Of a stretch of DNA of 64,000 nucleotides, positions 1 through 11,985 are shown piece by piece. The notes under the pieces are model-generated. The model saw only the letters and a program-made list of their open reading frames with translations, had not been told where the DNA came from and did not search any database. This DNA comes from Camelus ferus (taxonomy: Eukaryota): contig NC_045697.1 of NCBI RefSeq assembly GCF_009834535.1, positions 108,068,001 through 108,132,000 on the forward strand, read 5' to 3'. Position 1 is the stretch's first letter. Each line of letters starts with the position of its first letter. Made by a program: the position numbers and the translations under genes.

Positions 1-774
1 TTAATATGTATACACAGCGCCTTAAAAATCAGCTCACAGTGCAATCTGCTATTGTGTTTTACGTGAATGACTCATGACTGCAAGTTTAAATGGTCACTAC
101 AGAGAAAGCTCATCAGAGATTTTTAACGATGTCCCTTTTCCAAGTCAAGTGTCAAAATAATTCTTCCAGTTAATTTTTCTAGAATCACTCCATTTTCTTC
201 CTCCCTTAAGTGAAGAGTTAACCATTAGTCAAGGACTAATGCAACAGTCTGAAGTTTTTATTGACAGAAACCTGCCCCACCCTGGCCTCAACTTTAAATT
301 TAAATCCCAAATTTAAAATATTGACATTCAAGTGGCCAAGGATGTTGCTCACCAAAGTTAGAAGAAAGTCCAAGTGACTACAGGGTGTTTTCTTCATAAG
401 TAAATCACATTTGGTGGTGTCACAGTTTTAATGGGAGACAAGTACTGGTGTAACATTATGGTTCTCCAAGCATGGTGAGTGTTCTCTGAGGTTTCTGTCT
501 CTCAGGGGTGGAAAGAAGTCATTTCATATCAAACATGTGTTATAGTTATGAGAACTGTCCTGGGTTCTGAAAGTTAAGGAGTATCCAAATGTTGGCAGCT
601 TACTAAAGCAATGCAAACTGGTCAGTCCCGGAAGAAGCGATTCACAAAAGGAAATGGAATGTACTCATTCATCCTAGATGCTGAAGACCCCAGAACAGCT
701 ATCGGGAGCTCTATTAAAGCTTGTTATTTATGTTATCCCTCTGGGTCTTTAAAAAGCTATGGAACCCCTTAGAT

Positions 775-976
775 CTGTGCTGTCCAATATAGTTGCCCTA
801 GCAACATGCGGCTATTTAAATTTAAGCTAATTAAAAATTCTACAAAATTAAAAATTCAGCTCCTCCGTTGCCTTAGCCCCATTTCAGGCTGTCTATATCC
901 ACCTGTGGCTATCCTTTTGGACAGTGCAGATACTGAACTTTTTCATCATTGCAGAAAGTTAGATTGGATGGTGCTG
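775..976. mobile_element. MER3-like hAT-Charlie non-autonomous DNA transposon
   Basis: Ends ctgtgctgtccaata... and ...attggatggtgctg resemble MER3; flanked by a near-perfect 8-bp TSD, ccttagat (767-774) / ccttaaat (977-984). Confidence 0.8.
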
Positions 977-1049
977 CCTTAAATGTAAAAAGAAAAAAAA
1001 AGAAATATGTATGGAGAAGTTACAATCCAGTAGGCATCCTATTTGATCT

Positions 1050-1190
1050 AGATTCTTCTCATTTCATGGTGAAGAAGCTTCGCCCCAGAGAGCTTAAAGC
1101 ACTTGCTCAAGTCACGTAACTGATAAGGAGCAGAGTTAGGACTCTAATCACTTCCTCTTGACTCCAAGCCCAGGGCCATTTCCAATCCAT
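1050..1190 (-). mobile_element. MIR SINE fragment
   Basis: Reverse-complement MIR core: cagagagcttaaagcacttgctcaagtcacgtaactg...gactccaagccc. Confidence 0.65.
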
Positions 1191-3645
1191 GGCCAAGCAA
1201 TGGCTCGTCCATTTATCTGTCTAACACACACTTAATGATAGAGAGATGATAGATCCTAGTGATTATTACAGGACAACAGGTAAAAACCAGTGCTTAGCAA
1301 ACTGGTCCCTCTACTTACTGAGGACCTGTGCTAGCCACTGGGGCTATAAGCTTTGGAGGATGAGTACATTTCTTGGCTTTATAGCACTTTGAGCCTAGTG
1401 GGGGAATCAAACCTTAAATATATAATCAAAAACTAATTATCAGCCACGATTGTGATAAGTATCAAAGAGGAGAGCCCATCTGTTTTGGGAGAGGCTTCCA
1501 AATCCCATTAAATAACAACAACAATAGTAAGTAGCAATAAAGCCGCAGTTTCCAATGCCTGTGAAGTTCAAATTAGGAAGATAAATCTGTGATACTGTGG
1601 GCCTCCTGATGGATGTGTCCACTGTAATCTTTATGCCTAGGAAACAGAGAGGTCTATTTCATTCAGGGTCATTCTGGGTTAGCATGACCAACTTCAATTT
1701 CACCCGATTCTCCTTGGGTGGAAGCAGTTTTGAAACGAGGAGCTGAGATCGGCTAATTTGTCAACATTACAAAGCAGAAGGCTTATCCTCGTAACTCTTC
1801 TTCCTCATCCAGCCTTCCCGGCGGCAGCAGCTGACATATGAACCTCGCAGATGAAGATGCCATAGGCTGGCTATTTCTCGACCACACTGCTGAGGGTCAG
1901 AGAGTGGGAAAATGCTTCTTCTTAGCCATTTCTTTGTCATTTTTAACAGGTTTAAACTCAAATACTCATAAAAGGAGATTGAGAGCCAGTATGCTGTACT
2001 ATCAAATTGAAAAGGCTAGGAAAAAAATCCAAAGCCATAAAATGTGATCATTTTGAGTATTTTATTCCTTTTAACACTGCTCTATTAGTTTCAATAAAAG
2101 GACAACAGAACATTCATCACACCATAACTTGACATGCTTATTATGCCAATACGATTAGTTTTTGCAAAACACTCATGTACTGATTATAGGTTATAGAAAA
2201 ATTGATTTCACAGAAACAGAGAAATTAGAATTGGAAACATTCTATTAGGTCACTAGCTACATCCCCTGAGACTAGTGTAGGATTGATCCCTAGTTCACAG
2301 GGTATTATCTGATACAACCCTCTATCAGGTTTGATAGGCTGGCAATAGGTACCACTCAAAACTATACCAATCCGTCTGAGAAATAAAATTCTAGAAAATA
2401 AGAATTTGCTGAGCACTAATTTTACTTTGGTGGATACATTTTTAATACACTAGTGTTTATAGCCTCTCATCTTCTAGGAGACAAGGGTAAGAACACTGCA
2501 TCCCGGGTTGGCATTACAATCAAATAGTGAATTTGCATATCTTAAGTTGCAAAAATTTCCCCAGACATAATTTCCCATCAGATTCCTACAAAATGCAGTA
2601 TGAATTTTTGATTCTTATGAAGGGCTTATTTTTTTTTTGTACAGGAAATTGAGCCCTATACCTCAAACAAGTGCCTGCAATTAAACACTTGGCTGGACTG
2701 ACATTTTATTCCTTTGGGGCAGTGAGTTCTAAGCCATGACTCTCAGAGAGACATTTGCAAAGAAGTAGCAAGTGAACTCTGGGCTGGAGGGTTGGGGGAG
2801 GTCTGCAGCGAGGGAACAAGCTGGTGTTACAGAATCTCTATCTCTTCTTTCTTCCTCCTTTCTTCTTAGCAGTGACTCAGAGAGGGAAAAAGGGAGGAGA
2901 CAGAGATGGCTTCACCAGCAAAATTTACATTAAATGCAAGCAGTCTATATACTTCTGGGATCTCCTGGGTCAAATGAATGGGATTGCTCCTCTCTACGTT
3001 GGCAAATACTATTCAGGAATTCTCTTCCCCTTTAAAACCATCCTTGAAGTTAGTTTTCACCTGAATTCATTTACTAAAGATGGAGAAAAGTGCACCATGT
3101 GAGATTTTTTCAGTTCTGCTAAGTGTTCCCTTCACCCCTTGCTCCTTCATGGAGATAGCAAAGCGGAATGTTGGACGTGGGCTAGGTCAGTGAGGCTCGG
3201 AGGGGAGTCAGGGCTGAGTGTGTGGAAAAGGCAGAGAGAAAAGCACAGAAATGCAGCCTTCAGCTCAGTAATGCTTATTTCCACGTGTTGTTCACATTCT
3301 CATGCCCCTGTTCGGAAGCCCAGATGAAATTTTTGTTTGTTTAGGATGCAGCTGATGAGTATTAGGTCTGGAGAGTGTCCCAGAGAAGGTCTTACGCATC
3401 TTTTATACACCTGCATGCTAAATGAACAAGAACACCCAGGTGCTGAGTAAGACTTACGAATTTGTGGTAAATTATGCAAACAAGTAATTTTGCTTGTCCA
3501 GAGAGTAGTGCTAGCAATGGGATAGTTTTCCTAAACTCTCCGTAATTTAGGAGAATGCCAATAGAAAGGCGGTCAAAGAGCTATGAGACCTAATGGCTCA
3601 GCACAGTGTATCTGCTTTGACAGTGGCCAGTCACAGAGAAGGAGG

Positions 3646-3675
3646 CTTGCCCACCGGGGACTTGCCCACCGGGGA
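3646..3675. repeat. Perfect 15-bp tandem duplication
   Basis: cttgcccaccgggga twice (3646-3660, 3661-3675). Confidence 0.95.
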
Positions 3676-3889
3676 CTCTTACCTGAGGCAGAAGCCAGTA
3701 AAACTGTGTCAGGAGGTTCAAAAAGGCAGGGACTTTAGCCATGTTAACCCCGGATGGCAGTGGTAAAGACAGCTTTATCCAGAGGATCCGAGGCTGTGCC
3801 AACATGAAAATGATGAAACAAGGCTGAAGAGAGACAGGGAGCTGCACTCTTGGGGTCAAACAGACTTTCCGTAGTGATTGAGGGTCTAT

Positions 3890-4054
3890 CCTTAATGCTC
3901 AAAGTGTGCTCTGGGAACCAGCAGAATCAGCATGACCTAGGAATTTGTTGTACCTGCAGAGTGCTGGGCCCCACCCCAGACCTACTGAGTCAGAAGCTGT
4001 ACTTTAACAAAACGCCAGGTGATGTGAAAGCATGTTACATTTGAGAGGCACTAG
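3890..4054. mobile_element. MER5A-like hAT-Charlie MITE
   Basis: ctcaaagtgtg...gggccccaccccagacctactgagtcagaa...tttgagaggcact, typical MER5A/MER5A1 sequence. Confidence 0.8.
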
Positions 4055-5433
4055 TATGTGCGGCTGGCTTCCTAGTGGTTTTCCACACTAGCAGCCTGGA
4101 CCAGCCAAGAAGGGACACGGATTGTCCAGCCCAGTGCTCAGTTGGTCTCATTTTCATCTCAGCAAAAGCCACTCATTCTCTTCATGAGTACACACATTCC
4201 TTTTTTTGTTTGTTTTCTCCGCACCCACTGTGTCCTTCGGCAACCGTTCCTTCCTAATGGCGTGGGATTCTGGGAATCGGCAAGGCTGTCCCTGGGAAGG
4301 CTGGGCACTTGACCGAGGCTGGCCAGGAACAACTTCCTTCTGGGGGTTGATATTGAGAGAGAGGACTCTTCTGAGATGATAAGGTGTGAAGACAGCATTG
4401 GCTTGGGGACTGGCAGGGCTCTCTTGCTACCACATGTAGAGGGAATCTGTCTGAGAATGAAACCAGTGGAGTCAGGCAGATCAGACAGATGGAGGGAGAG
4501 AAATCATTTGAACCCTCAGTCCTGTTGTACCCAAAGTCAGATAACCCCTTGGACTTCCAAATCGCATGAGCCAATACATCCTCAATTTAGCTTCGAGCAG
4601 TTTTAGGTTGGTTTTCTGTCTTTTGTAACTAAGAGAAGGATTCTGGTCAATGTATTCCTGAAACTGGATTATTAATTTTTCCAAAATGGGAACTTTTACA
4701 TCTGTCTGAGGGAGTAAATTCATTGTAAAGTTCACAACCTATAATTTGACCACTTTGTGAGTAAGGTTGTGTGAGTGTATGTGTTAAGTATAATCTGAGA
4801 AAAATTAAATGTAGAAGGTTTAAAACTTTTAGGCAACCATGTGCCCTAAATACTGGTCATCTGTGTAATTGCAGCAGGCTGTATTTATTTTCTAGATTTA
4901 GAGGCAATACCGATTAAAATTAATATTCAAATTTATGCCAGCTAACATGCAAATCAGCACAGCTTTGGTGCTTTAAAAAACAAGACGGTAGGATTGCAGC
5001 CCTGGTGTTTCAATGGTGCTGAGGCTTTGATGAAAGAAGACAAAGAAGCCTAGAATGCAGATGAAACACATTCCCTTGGAATACCCAATGCGAATGGGAA
5101 TTTATGGCTCTGTAAACTGTTTTATAACAGAAAACAATCTCTCAATTTAATATAGCAGTTTAACCATTCATTAATTTACTAGATGCAAACACTGAAAATT
5201 TTCAGAAATGATGCCACCCATAAATACAATCTACAACCGTGAAAGACAAGAAAATATGTACTTTTACTCCTGCCAAATGTCAATATTCAAATCTATAATT
5301 ATTTGTTCCAATTGAAACACTGAAGTCTGCATCTCTTCTATGACCAATTAATACCCACTATTGGATACATATTTCACTCTTATGTATCTAGTTCAATGTT
5401 AGGTAAGGTGTGTGTATATGTATTTTAAAATTT

Positions 5434-5935
5434 TCAGGATTAGGTTACTTATGAATAGCAGAAACTTGAAGAGTGACAGCTTAAATAAAGTGGAAATTTT
5501 TTTCTTTCTTAGGCGAAGAAGTCTGAAGGTGGACAGTCCAGAGCTGGTATGGTACTGACATAATTATTGAGAACTAAAGATTTCTTCCAGCTTTCCGAAG
5601 CACAGTGCCTCGGATGTGACCCAATCCTCTAGGTTGAAGAAGGCTGCTGAGTCTCTAGCCATCACATCCAGTTTCCCAGCAGCAGGATGGAAGAAAAGAG
5701 AAAGAAGGATTTGCCCCCTCTCTTTTAAGAAAACTTCCTGCAAGACCCACAAAGTTTATCTGCATATGTATTATTGATCAGAACTTAGTCTTGTGCCACA
5801 CCTAACTATGAGGGAGGCTGAGAAAATGTGGTCTTTTATCTGGGAGACCATGTGTCCAGGTAAAAATAATTATTCTGTTAATTTGAGAGAGAAGCAAAAA
5901 AAAAAAAAAAATAGGTACTTCAAAGTCAACTGTCA
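5434..5935 (-). mobile_element. MaLR LTR (MLT1J-like)
   Basis: gtccagagctggtatgg...ctagccatcacatccagtttcccagcagcagga...cacacctaactatgagggaggctgagaaaatgtgg resemble MLT1J. Confidence 0.7.
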
Positions 5936-7179
5936 AACTCTGCTCCAAATATAAAAAATATTTTTGTTTATTGATTTATTGTGCTTCCCCTGTAAGAAAC
6001 TAGCTCCATAAAGGCAAGAGCTTTGTTTTGTTTGTGTTTGTATCCTTAATGTTTTTCTGATTTGTCTTTCCTGATTTTTTTCTATCAATTTAAGAACCTT
6101 GTTCAATCTGTGTTGAGAAGAATACAGAAGCTCCATCCAGATTTGGTGAGAGAGAGTGCTATGATCAACTAATAATGTCTGCATTGCTTCAATCAACTGA
6201 TAATGTCTGCAGTGGCCACTCCATATGTGCCAGGCTTAAAGTATTCCCACCAACCCCTAGCTTTCAACTAAATTGTTTTGAAATGTACGGCTGCTGTGCT
6301 CTAATTTAAATCTATGTGCCAAAAGGCCTTATTCAATATTTGTTATTTAAAATGATTTATTCTGAGTAGAGAGTATTCTCTGCAACTTTTCCCCCCTTAT
6401 ATAGAGGTCTCTTGTGCAGTTGTAAATTTTCCAGGTTTCCAGAGAGTTGCTGAAAGAATTACATGCAAATTCCAAGTTACACTTAGTTGGCAAATTCTAA
6501 CTAGAAAGTTGCTGGGAAAGGGGAGTTTTGCTGTTCTTTAAAGAATCAAAGGAGAAAAACAGGTCAGGAGTTTTATGCTGTCAGAGTAGAGGTGCAATTC
6601 CATGGCATGGTCATCTTCTGATTCACCAAGAAGGCAAAAGGGGCCTGGAGGAGTGATAAGGACTTTCCAAGTTCAACACAAATGCTAGAAAGAAAAGCTC
6701 AGGCTTTCTCCTTATTTAGCTCCAACACTCTAAGCATGCGGACAAGAAGACCAGAGTTAAATTAAACTGCAATTAAAAATAGCTAAGACTATTGAGTAAT
6801 GTACCAAATTGCATCTGAAAAAATTTGTCTTTAAAAAGCTGTTAGTATAGCAAACTTCTTTTCCTGCCCCACACAACACATTTTCTCATCAGCAATGGTG
6901 ACAAGATGGTGATTTAATGTGGCTGTGATTCTGAGGGAGTGAATTACGTAATACTCCATAAAGGTAAGTCAGAAGTTCAAGGATGGAGTTTGAAAAGCCC
7001 CCTGGATGACTCTTCTGCACTTCTCCTGGGGCACTTGTCCCTCTTTCTACCACTTTCCCCTTGTGAGTCAAGAATTATTGCCTTACTGGAATGACCTGAT
7101 TTCTTATTAAATTATTTTGTTGCTGTTTAGCGATTTCCACGGAGAATGGCCTATTTGTAAATAACATCTGAAAATTCCA

Positions 7180-7689
7180 TGTCTTAGTTTGGGTTCCTTC
7201 AAAAGCAGAATGTGAGAGTCTTCAGAGCAGGTATTTTATTAAGGAGATGGTCCCAGGAAGCAGGAGTGAGCAAACAGGGAGACTGAGACAGGGGAGAAGA
7301 AAAAGCCTATAGATGAGTGTTACTGAGGTTACAGTATGGGCAGTAAGGGCTTGATTCTGTCAGAACCTCTAGCCAAGTGTACCTATGTGTCCCAGGATTG
7401 TTCCCTGAAGAATGGACGATTGTAGCACTTATCTACTGGTTCTCATTCCTACTGACTGCAGGTTGCTCCAGGGGTATTAACAAACTTTATCCCCTGCCAC
7501 TCCCAGGATGCACAAGAGTGACTCGTGGCATCCGAGAACCTGCCCAGCAGAAAAGCTCATGGGACGGACACTGACAGGGAAAGGTGAGTCTGAGATTACT
7601 CAGGGATGTCCCTGCAGCCACAGCTGAAGTCAGAGGTGGACGGAGGGGGAATGACGTAGGTGGGGGCGGTGTCACAGGTGTCTGCTCTG
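7180..7689 (-). mobile_element. ERVL LTR (LTR16 family)
   Basis: Starts tgtcttagtttgggttccttcaaaagcaga (reverse of the LTR16 3' end); contains cccaggaagcaggagtgag. Confidence 0.7.
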
Positions 7690-8299
7690 GTCCTTGGCTG
7701 TGATCTGGGACTCAGTCAACGCTCAGCAGTTTGAGATATAGACTCGATGGTTGTCATCGGTGCATTTGATTGTGCACTCTAACTGAAGATACACTTTAGA
7801 ATCGGAGATAACCCAAAGTGCCAAAGTGCAGACTAACATCACAGCTGCCATCTTGCTCATCTACAGGTGTCATTTAAGCCCCCAGATTCTCTTCTCCCTC
7901 TTCCTGCTCTGTTTGATTTTCAAATTCCTGTTGTGTAAGCTACTATCTCTACTCAGGGATGGGGTTGAAAATGCAAGATGGTGAAAATAGGACCTGTCAA
8001 ATGTTGTCACTTGTTAGGAACTCTTCTAAAAGTCCTTCGGAAATAAGAGGCGGAGATTGTGGGCTAACATGAGATTTGGGGATTACGTATGATTTTAATT
8101 TCTCCACGCTAGCCAATTTCTGTAGTTAATTGGAACATGACTCATAACCCTGAATAATCGGCACAGAACACAGAAAAAAATGTATCAACTGCTTATTAGC
8201 GTTGAGGCTGCATTTCCTGTGAGCAGTGGGAATGGTGGCCAAAGGGTCTGCAGGCAGCGGGGCACAGTGAAGACTGCAAAGGCTTTGGGAACCTGAGTC

Positions 8300-8460
8300 T
8301 GCCCCAGGCTAGCATGAATCCTGTTTTCTCAGTTTTCTCAACTAGATGAGGAGAGCTCTCGTTGCTTCCTTGCAGGACTGTTGTGAGGAGAGGCTTAAAC
8401 ATTATTATGTAAAGTGTTTGCATATCAAATCTACATGGTTAACAGTCAGTTACTAAACAA
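8300..8460 (+). mobile_element. MIR SINE fragment
   Basis: ctcagttttctca...gttgtgagga...tgtaaagtgtttg, MIR core and 3' part. Confidence 0.6.
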
Positions 8461-9319
8461 ATGAAAAATCTAGGTTCCATTTTGTATCCCACTTTGACTT
8501 AGTTTCTGGGCAAAGCTGACATTTACTGAAACAAATTGCTTTGACTCATTTAGACTAAGTATTGGAAAGTAAAATTAGAACATGGGTTTATTTTGAGCTG
8601 AAAATAGGTGCCAAGAGGCCAGCACACTCGCCCTTTTAGCCATCCCAACAAGGAGCAATCTCTCAGTGAGCAGAATAACTGCTTCCCACTGGCAGCAGTA
8701 AGAGGTCCCATGGCACTCCCCTCTCCTATGGCCACTGCCCAGGTTCTGGACACGGGAGATGAGAGGCAGGAGCGGGATGGACCTTTGGCTGGTCCTTCAT
8801 CATCCCCAGCTGCTTGGATCCATCATAGGGGAGAATCTGGTTCAGTCTGCAGCCCAAGGTAGACCTCTCCCAGGAGCAACAGGGCACTGGTGCTCTCATC
8901 TGGGGTTAGACAAAGACTTTACAAGAGAGACACAGGCACGCCTAGATTTAAAGGGAATGTATGTCTGGATCCTCAACGTTCGTATGTACTCTTTCTAAAA
9001 CGGAACAGAGGAGCTCTGATAACAAGACTGTTTCTCCCTTCCACATTCCCTTTCCTAGTCTTCCTTCTTCTTTAGAGATGCATTTATCTCTCATCTAACC
9101 CGAGTTGCACTATGATGCATTGCCCAGGATGTAAAAACCCTTACAGTGCCAAACAGAGAGTTAGAAATATGTTTTTTTTTTTGAAATACAATACATTTTT
9201 AAAGGACCTTTTCTTTCCCATACTGCAGATATCATCAAAGAAACATTCTCTGTGGAGGAGATTCCCCATTACTTTTGATAAGGCAAAGTGAAGGCAGAGT
9301 CTCATTCCATGGCAAGGTT

Positions 9320-10395
9320 GGGAGTGTTATCTCTACCTGTGGTGGATGGTGGTCATAGCAACATGTCTTATCATGTTTATTTGGATTAAACAATGAAATG
9401 AGATCTATTCTGACAGACAGTAACCCTGGTTTGGCTGATTGATTTGACAACAAAGACTGTTTATATGGCAGACGTTTTTTATTACTGAATGAGTTTAATG
9501 TATAGCTCCAAAGTTGTGTTAAAATATATTTGAAGCATGTGATAATTTTAAAGCATTTAACAAAAATATTATATTGGAAAAGGCCTAATGAAATAAGCAA
9601 AAACTGATTTTTCCAATCTTTTATGTATCAGTTAAACAAGGTGCCCTTAAGTGAAAGAATAAAATGTGTAAGTGATTGTCATTTGATAAGGCTTGGTAGA
9701 CACATTGTGATATACATTTCAGCATTTAAGAGAGAGGATGGTTGACTGGGTAAAAATCCTTTTTGAAACTTGGGTGGGTTTCAACTCTTTGCTTTCAATA
9801 AAATTGAAGGAAGACCTAATCGAGTTGTCAGCTCTCAGACATTAAAAATAATTTGTGGTGATAGATCTCTTTTTTATTTTTGATGTAAGAATCAGAAAGA
9901 ATTCAAAGAAATTAGGAGTGCCTCTAAAAACGATTTGCTTTCCACGCGTGCCCATCTATGTGTTTATGTGAGCAAAGTATCTCGGCAATTACATTTTAAA
10001 ACAAGAGTAAGTGGAAATAGAATTGTTGCTGAAGTCGTCTTTTTCTAGCAAAAAGTAATGTTTGTTCATGGAGTGCCAGCTAATTGAAAAGAGAAGCTTC
10101 CTCCCTCCCATTGAAAGATGCAATTTTAATAACATTCGAATTTTATATTTAATAATTATTTATTAGGATTTGCGATAAATCGGTATTTTATTGCCAAGAA
10201 GTTTACATCAGGGTGAAAATCCATGGGCGATGTAGAACGAAAATAAAAGTTCAAAGGCAAAAAGGAATGATGTAAAATTTTGCAACAGTATATATGATAC
10301 ATAATTTAAATGTTAACTTTAAAATGTGTTGAGGGGGTACATTAGTTAGCAAAAATTTTAATAGAGGACAGGCAAGCAAAAATAGCCCACTACTG
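9320..10395 (+). mobile_element. hAT-Charlie DNA transposon (Charlie7-like), decayed transposase C-terminal half and 3' end
   Basis: Broken + frames from ~9345 give WWS*QHVLSCLFGLNNEMRSIL...YMADVF.LLNEFNV*LQ and, near 9955-10040, S.CLCEQ...NRI.AE. These parallel hAT motifs RWLSRG..L.RLFEL.NEV, YLADIF..LNELN..LQ and STYLCE.GFS. The end aaaatgtgttgagggggtaca resembles Charlie7. Confidence 0.75.
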
Positions 10396-10737
10396 CACAG
10401 AGGAGCTGCCTGCGGTCCTTCAGAAGATGATGGTCTTTGCTGGCACGGGTAGAGGGGCCAAGTGCCTCTTGGGGATTCTCTCTGGTGACTGGTTTCATGG
10501 GATTTTGATCTGTAGTCTAGTCTTCCTTTAAGTGTGACTTGAAATTATAGATTAATACTGGAAGCAGCCCTGTCCCTTAACCTGAAATAGGTCTCCCCTG
10601 CCATTTCAGACCCTCTCTGGCTCAGATCTGTACCATCCTACATACTATCTTCCTCTTTGAAGTTACCCTTGATGTATATTTCTCTTGTGTGGGTACCCAC
10701 ACTACCACTTTAATCAAGCCTCTGAAGCAGTTATTTT

Positions 10738-11985
10738 GCTCATTCATTCATTCCATAAATACGAATGTTCATTCATTCATTCATTCATTCCATAAGTACG
10801 TATGTTAATTCATTAATTCATTCCATAAGTACATATGTGCCAGGCATTGTGTAAGCTGCTGGAGATGCCATTGTGAACAAAACAATCACGGGCCCTAGCC
10901 TTGTGGAGTTGATACCTCAGTGGAGGTAGATGAACAATATAAAAGGAAATAACTGTGTAAATAGTTGATTACAGATCATAATAAGTACTATGAGTGAAAA
11001 GAACATGGTGTTAATGACAAGGCAAACAGTGAGTACTTAATTTTAATTGAAAAAACTAGGCAAAGCTCTTTGAGGAGGTAACAGTTAAGCTGAAATCAGA
11101 AGTCTGAGAAGCATCCTGCCAACATAAAAAGTAGTGTTCCCCATTCTTACTGGAAAAAACGCATATATGGAAAGGCCCAGAGGCAAGGAGCCTGGCCTCT
11201 TAGGAACATTAGAAGGTTAGTGTGGCTGGTACACGTGTGTGTGGGAGAAAGGTGATACTGATGGGAGAGTTGCTAGTGACGTAATAGGAAGAAAAAAAAC
11301 ACAGCCAAAACGTGTTAAGGGAGCTCAGCTTTTGTTCTGAGTACCGTGGAAACCCAGTGAAAGTCTTCTAGCAAGTTTGGCTTGTATTTCAAAGCTAATT
11401 TTGGCTGCTGCTTGCAGATTGGATTGGAGTGGGGCAAGATGGAAACAGGGAAATGATCTAGGAAGTGTATCAGCCAGAATAGGCTAGGTTATGCAGTAAC
11501 AAGCAATCCCTAAGTCCCTGTGGCTTGTATCAACAAAACTTGATCTTTCACTCATGTTACATAGCCATTGCAGGTCAGCTGGGAGCTGTGTTCCATATCC
11601 ACTCACTCCAGGATCTGGGCAGCCAACATCGTGAACACTGATGGTCACTATAGCAGGAAAGGGGACATAGCGAAACATGTATTGGCTCTAAAAGACTTCT
11701 GCCTAGATGTGTCACTCTAGCACTTCTACCTGTATTTTATTGTCCAAATCAAGTTGTATGGTCACCCCTGAATTCAACTGAGGGGAATGTATCCCCTTGA
11801 GGGAGGGGCACTGCAGGAAAAGAAAATGAAAAATTTGGTGACAGTAAAACAGTGTCCTTCAGGGGGCCATCACTGCAGTCCAAAGAGGAGATGATGATAG
11901 CTTTGACGGGGGTGATGTTGATGAAGACAGAGACAAATGGACAGATTTGAGGTTATTCTTGGAGTTCCTTTTTGGATGTGATGAT
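10738..11985 (-). mobile_element. L2 LINE 3' portion, interrupted by an MLT1 LTR
   Basis: (ttca)n tail then tatgtgccaggcattgtg...gtgaacaaaaca; L2 sequence resumes after 11860 (gtccaaagaggagatgatg...gacagatttgag). Confidence 0.75.
11466..11860 (-). mobile_element. MaLR LTR (MLT1I-like) inserted in L2
   Basis: tgtatcagccagaataggctaggttatgcagtaacaagcaatccc...ttattgtccaaatcaagttgtatggtcaccc. Confidence 0.7.

Noticed and set aside
9235..9600. 121-aa minus-strand ORF
   Set aside because: Antisense to the decayed Charlie transposase, with no independent homology.
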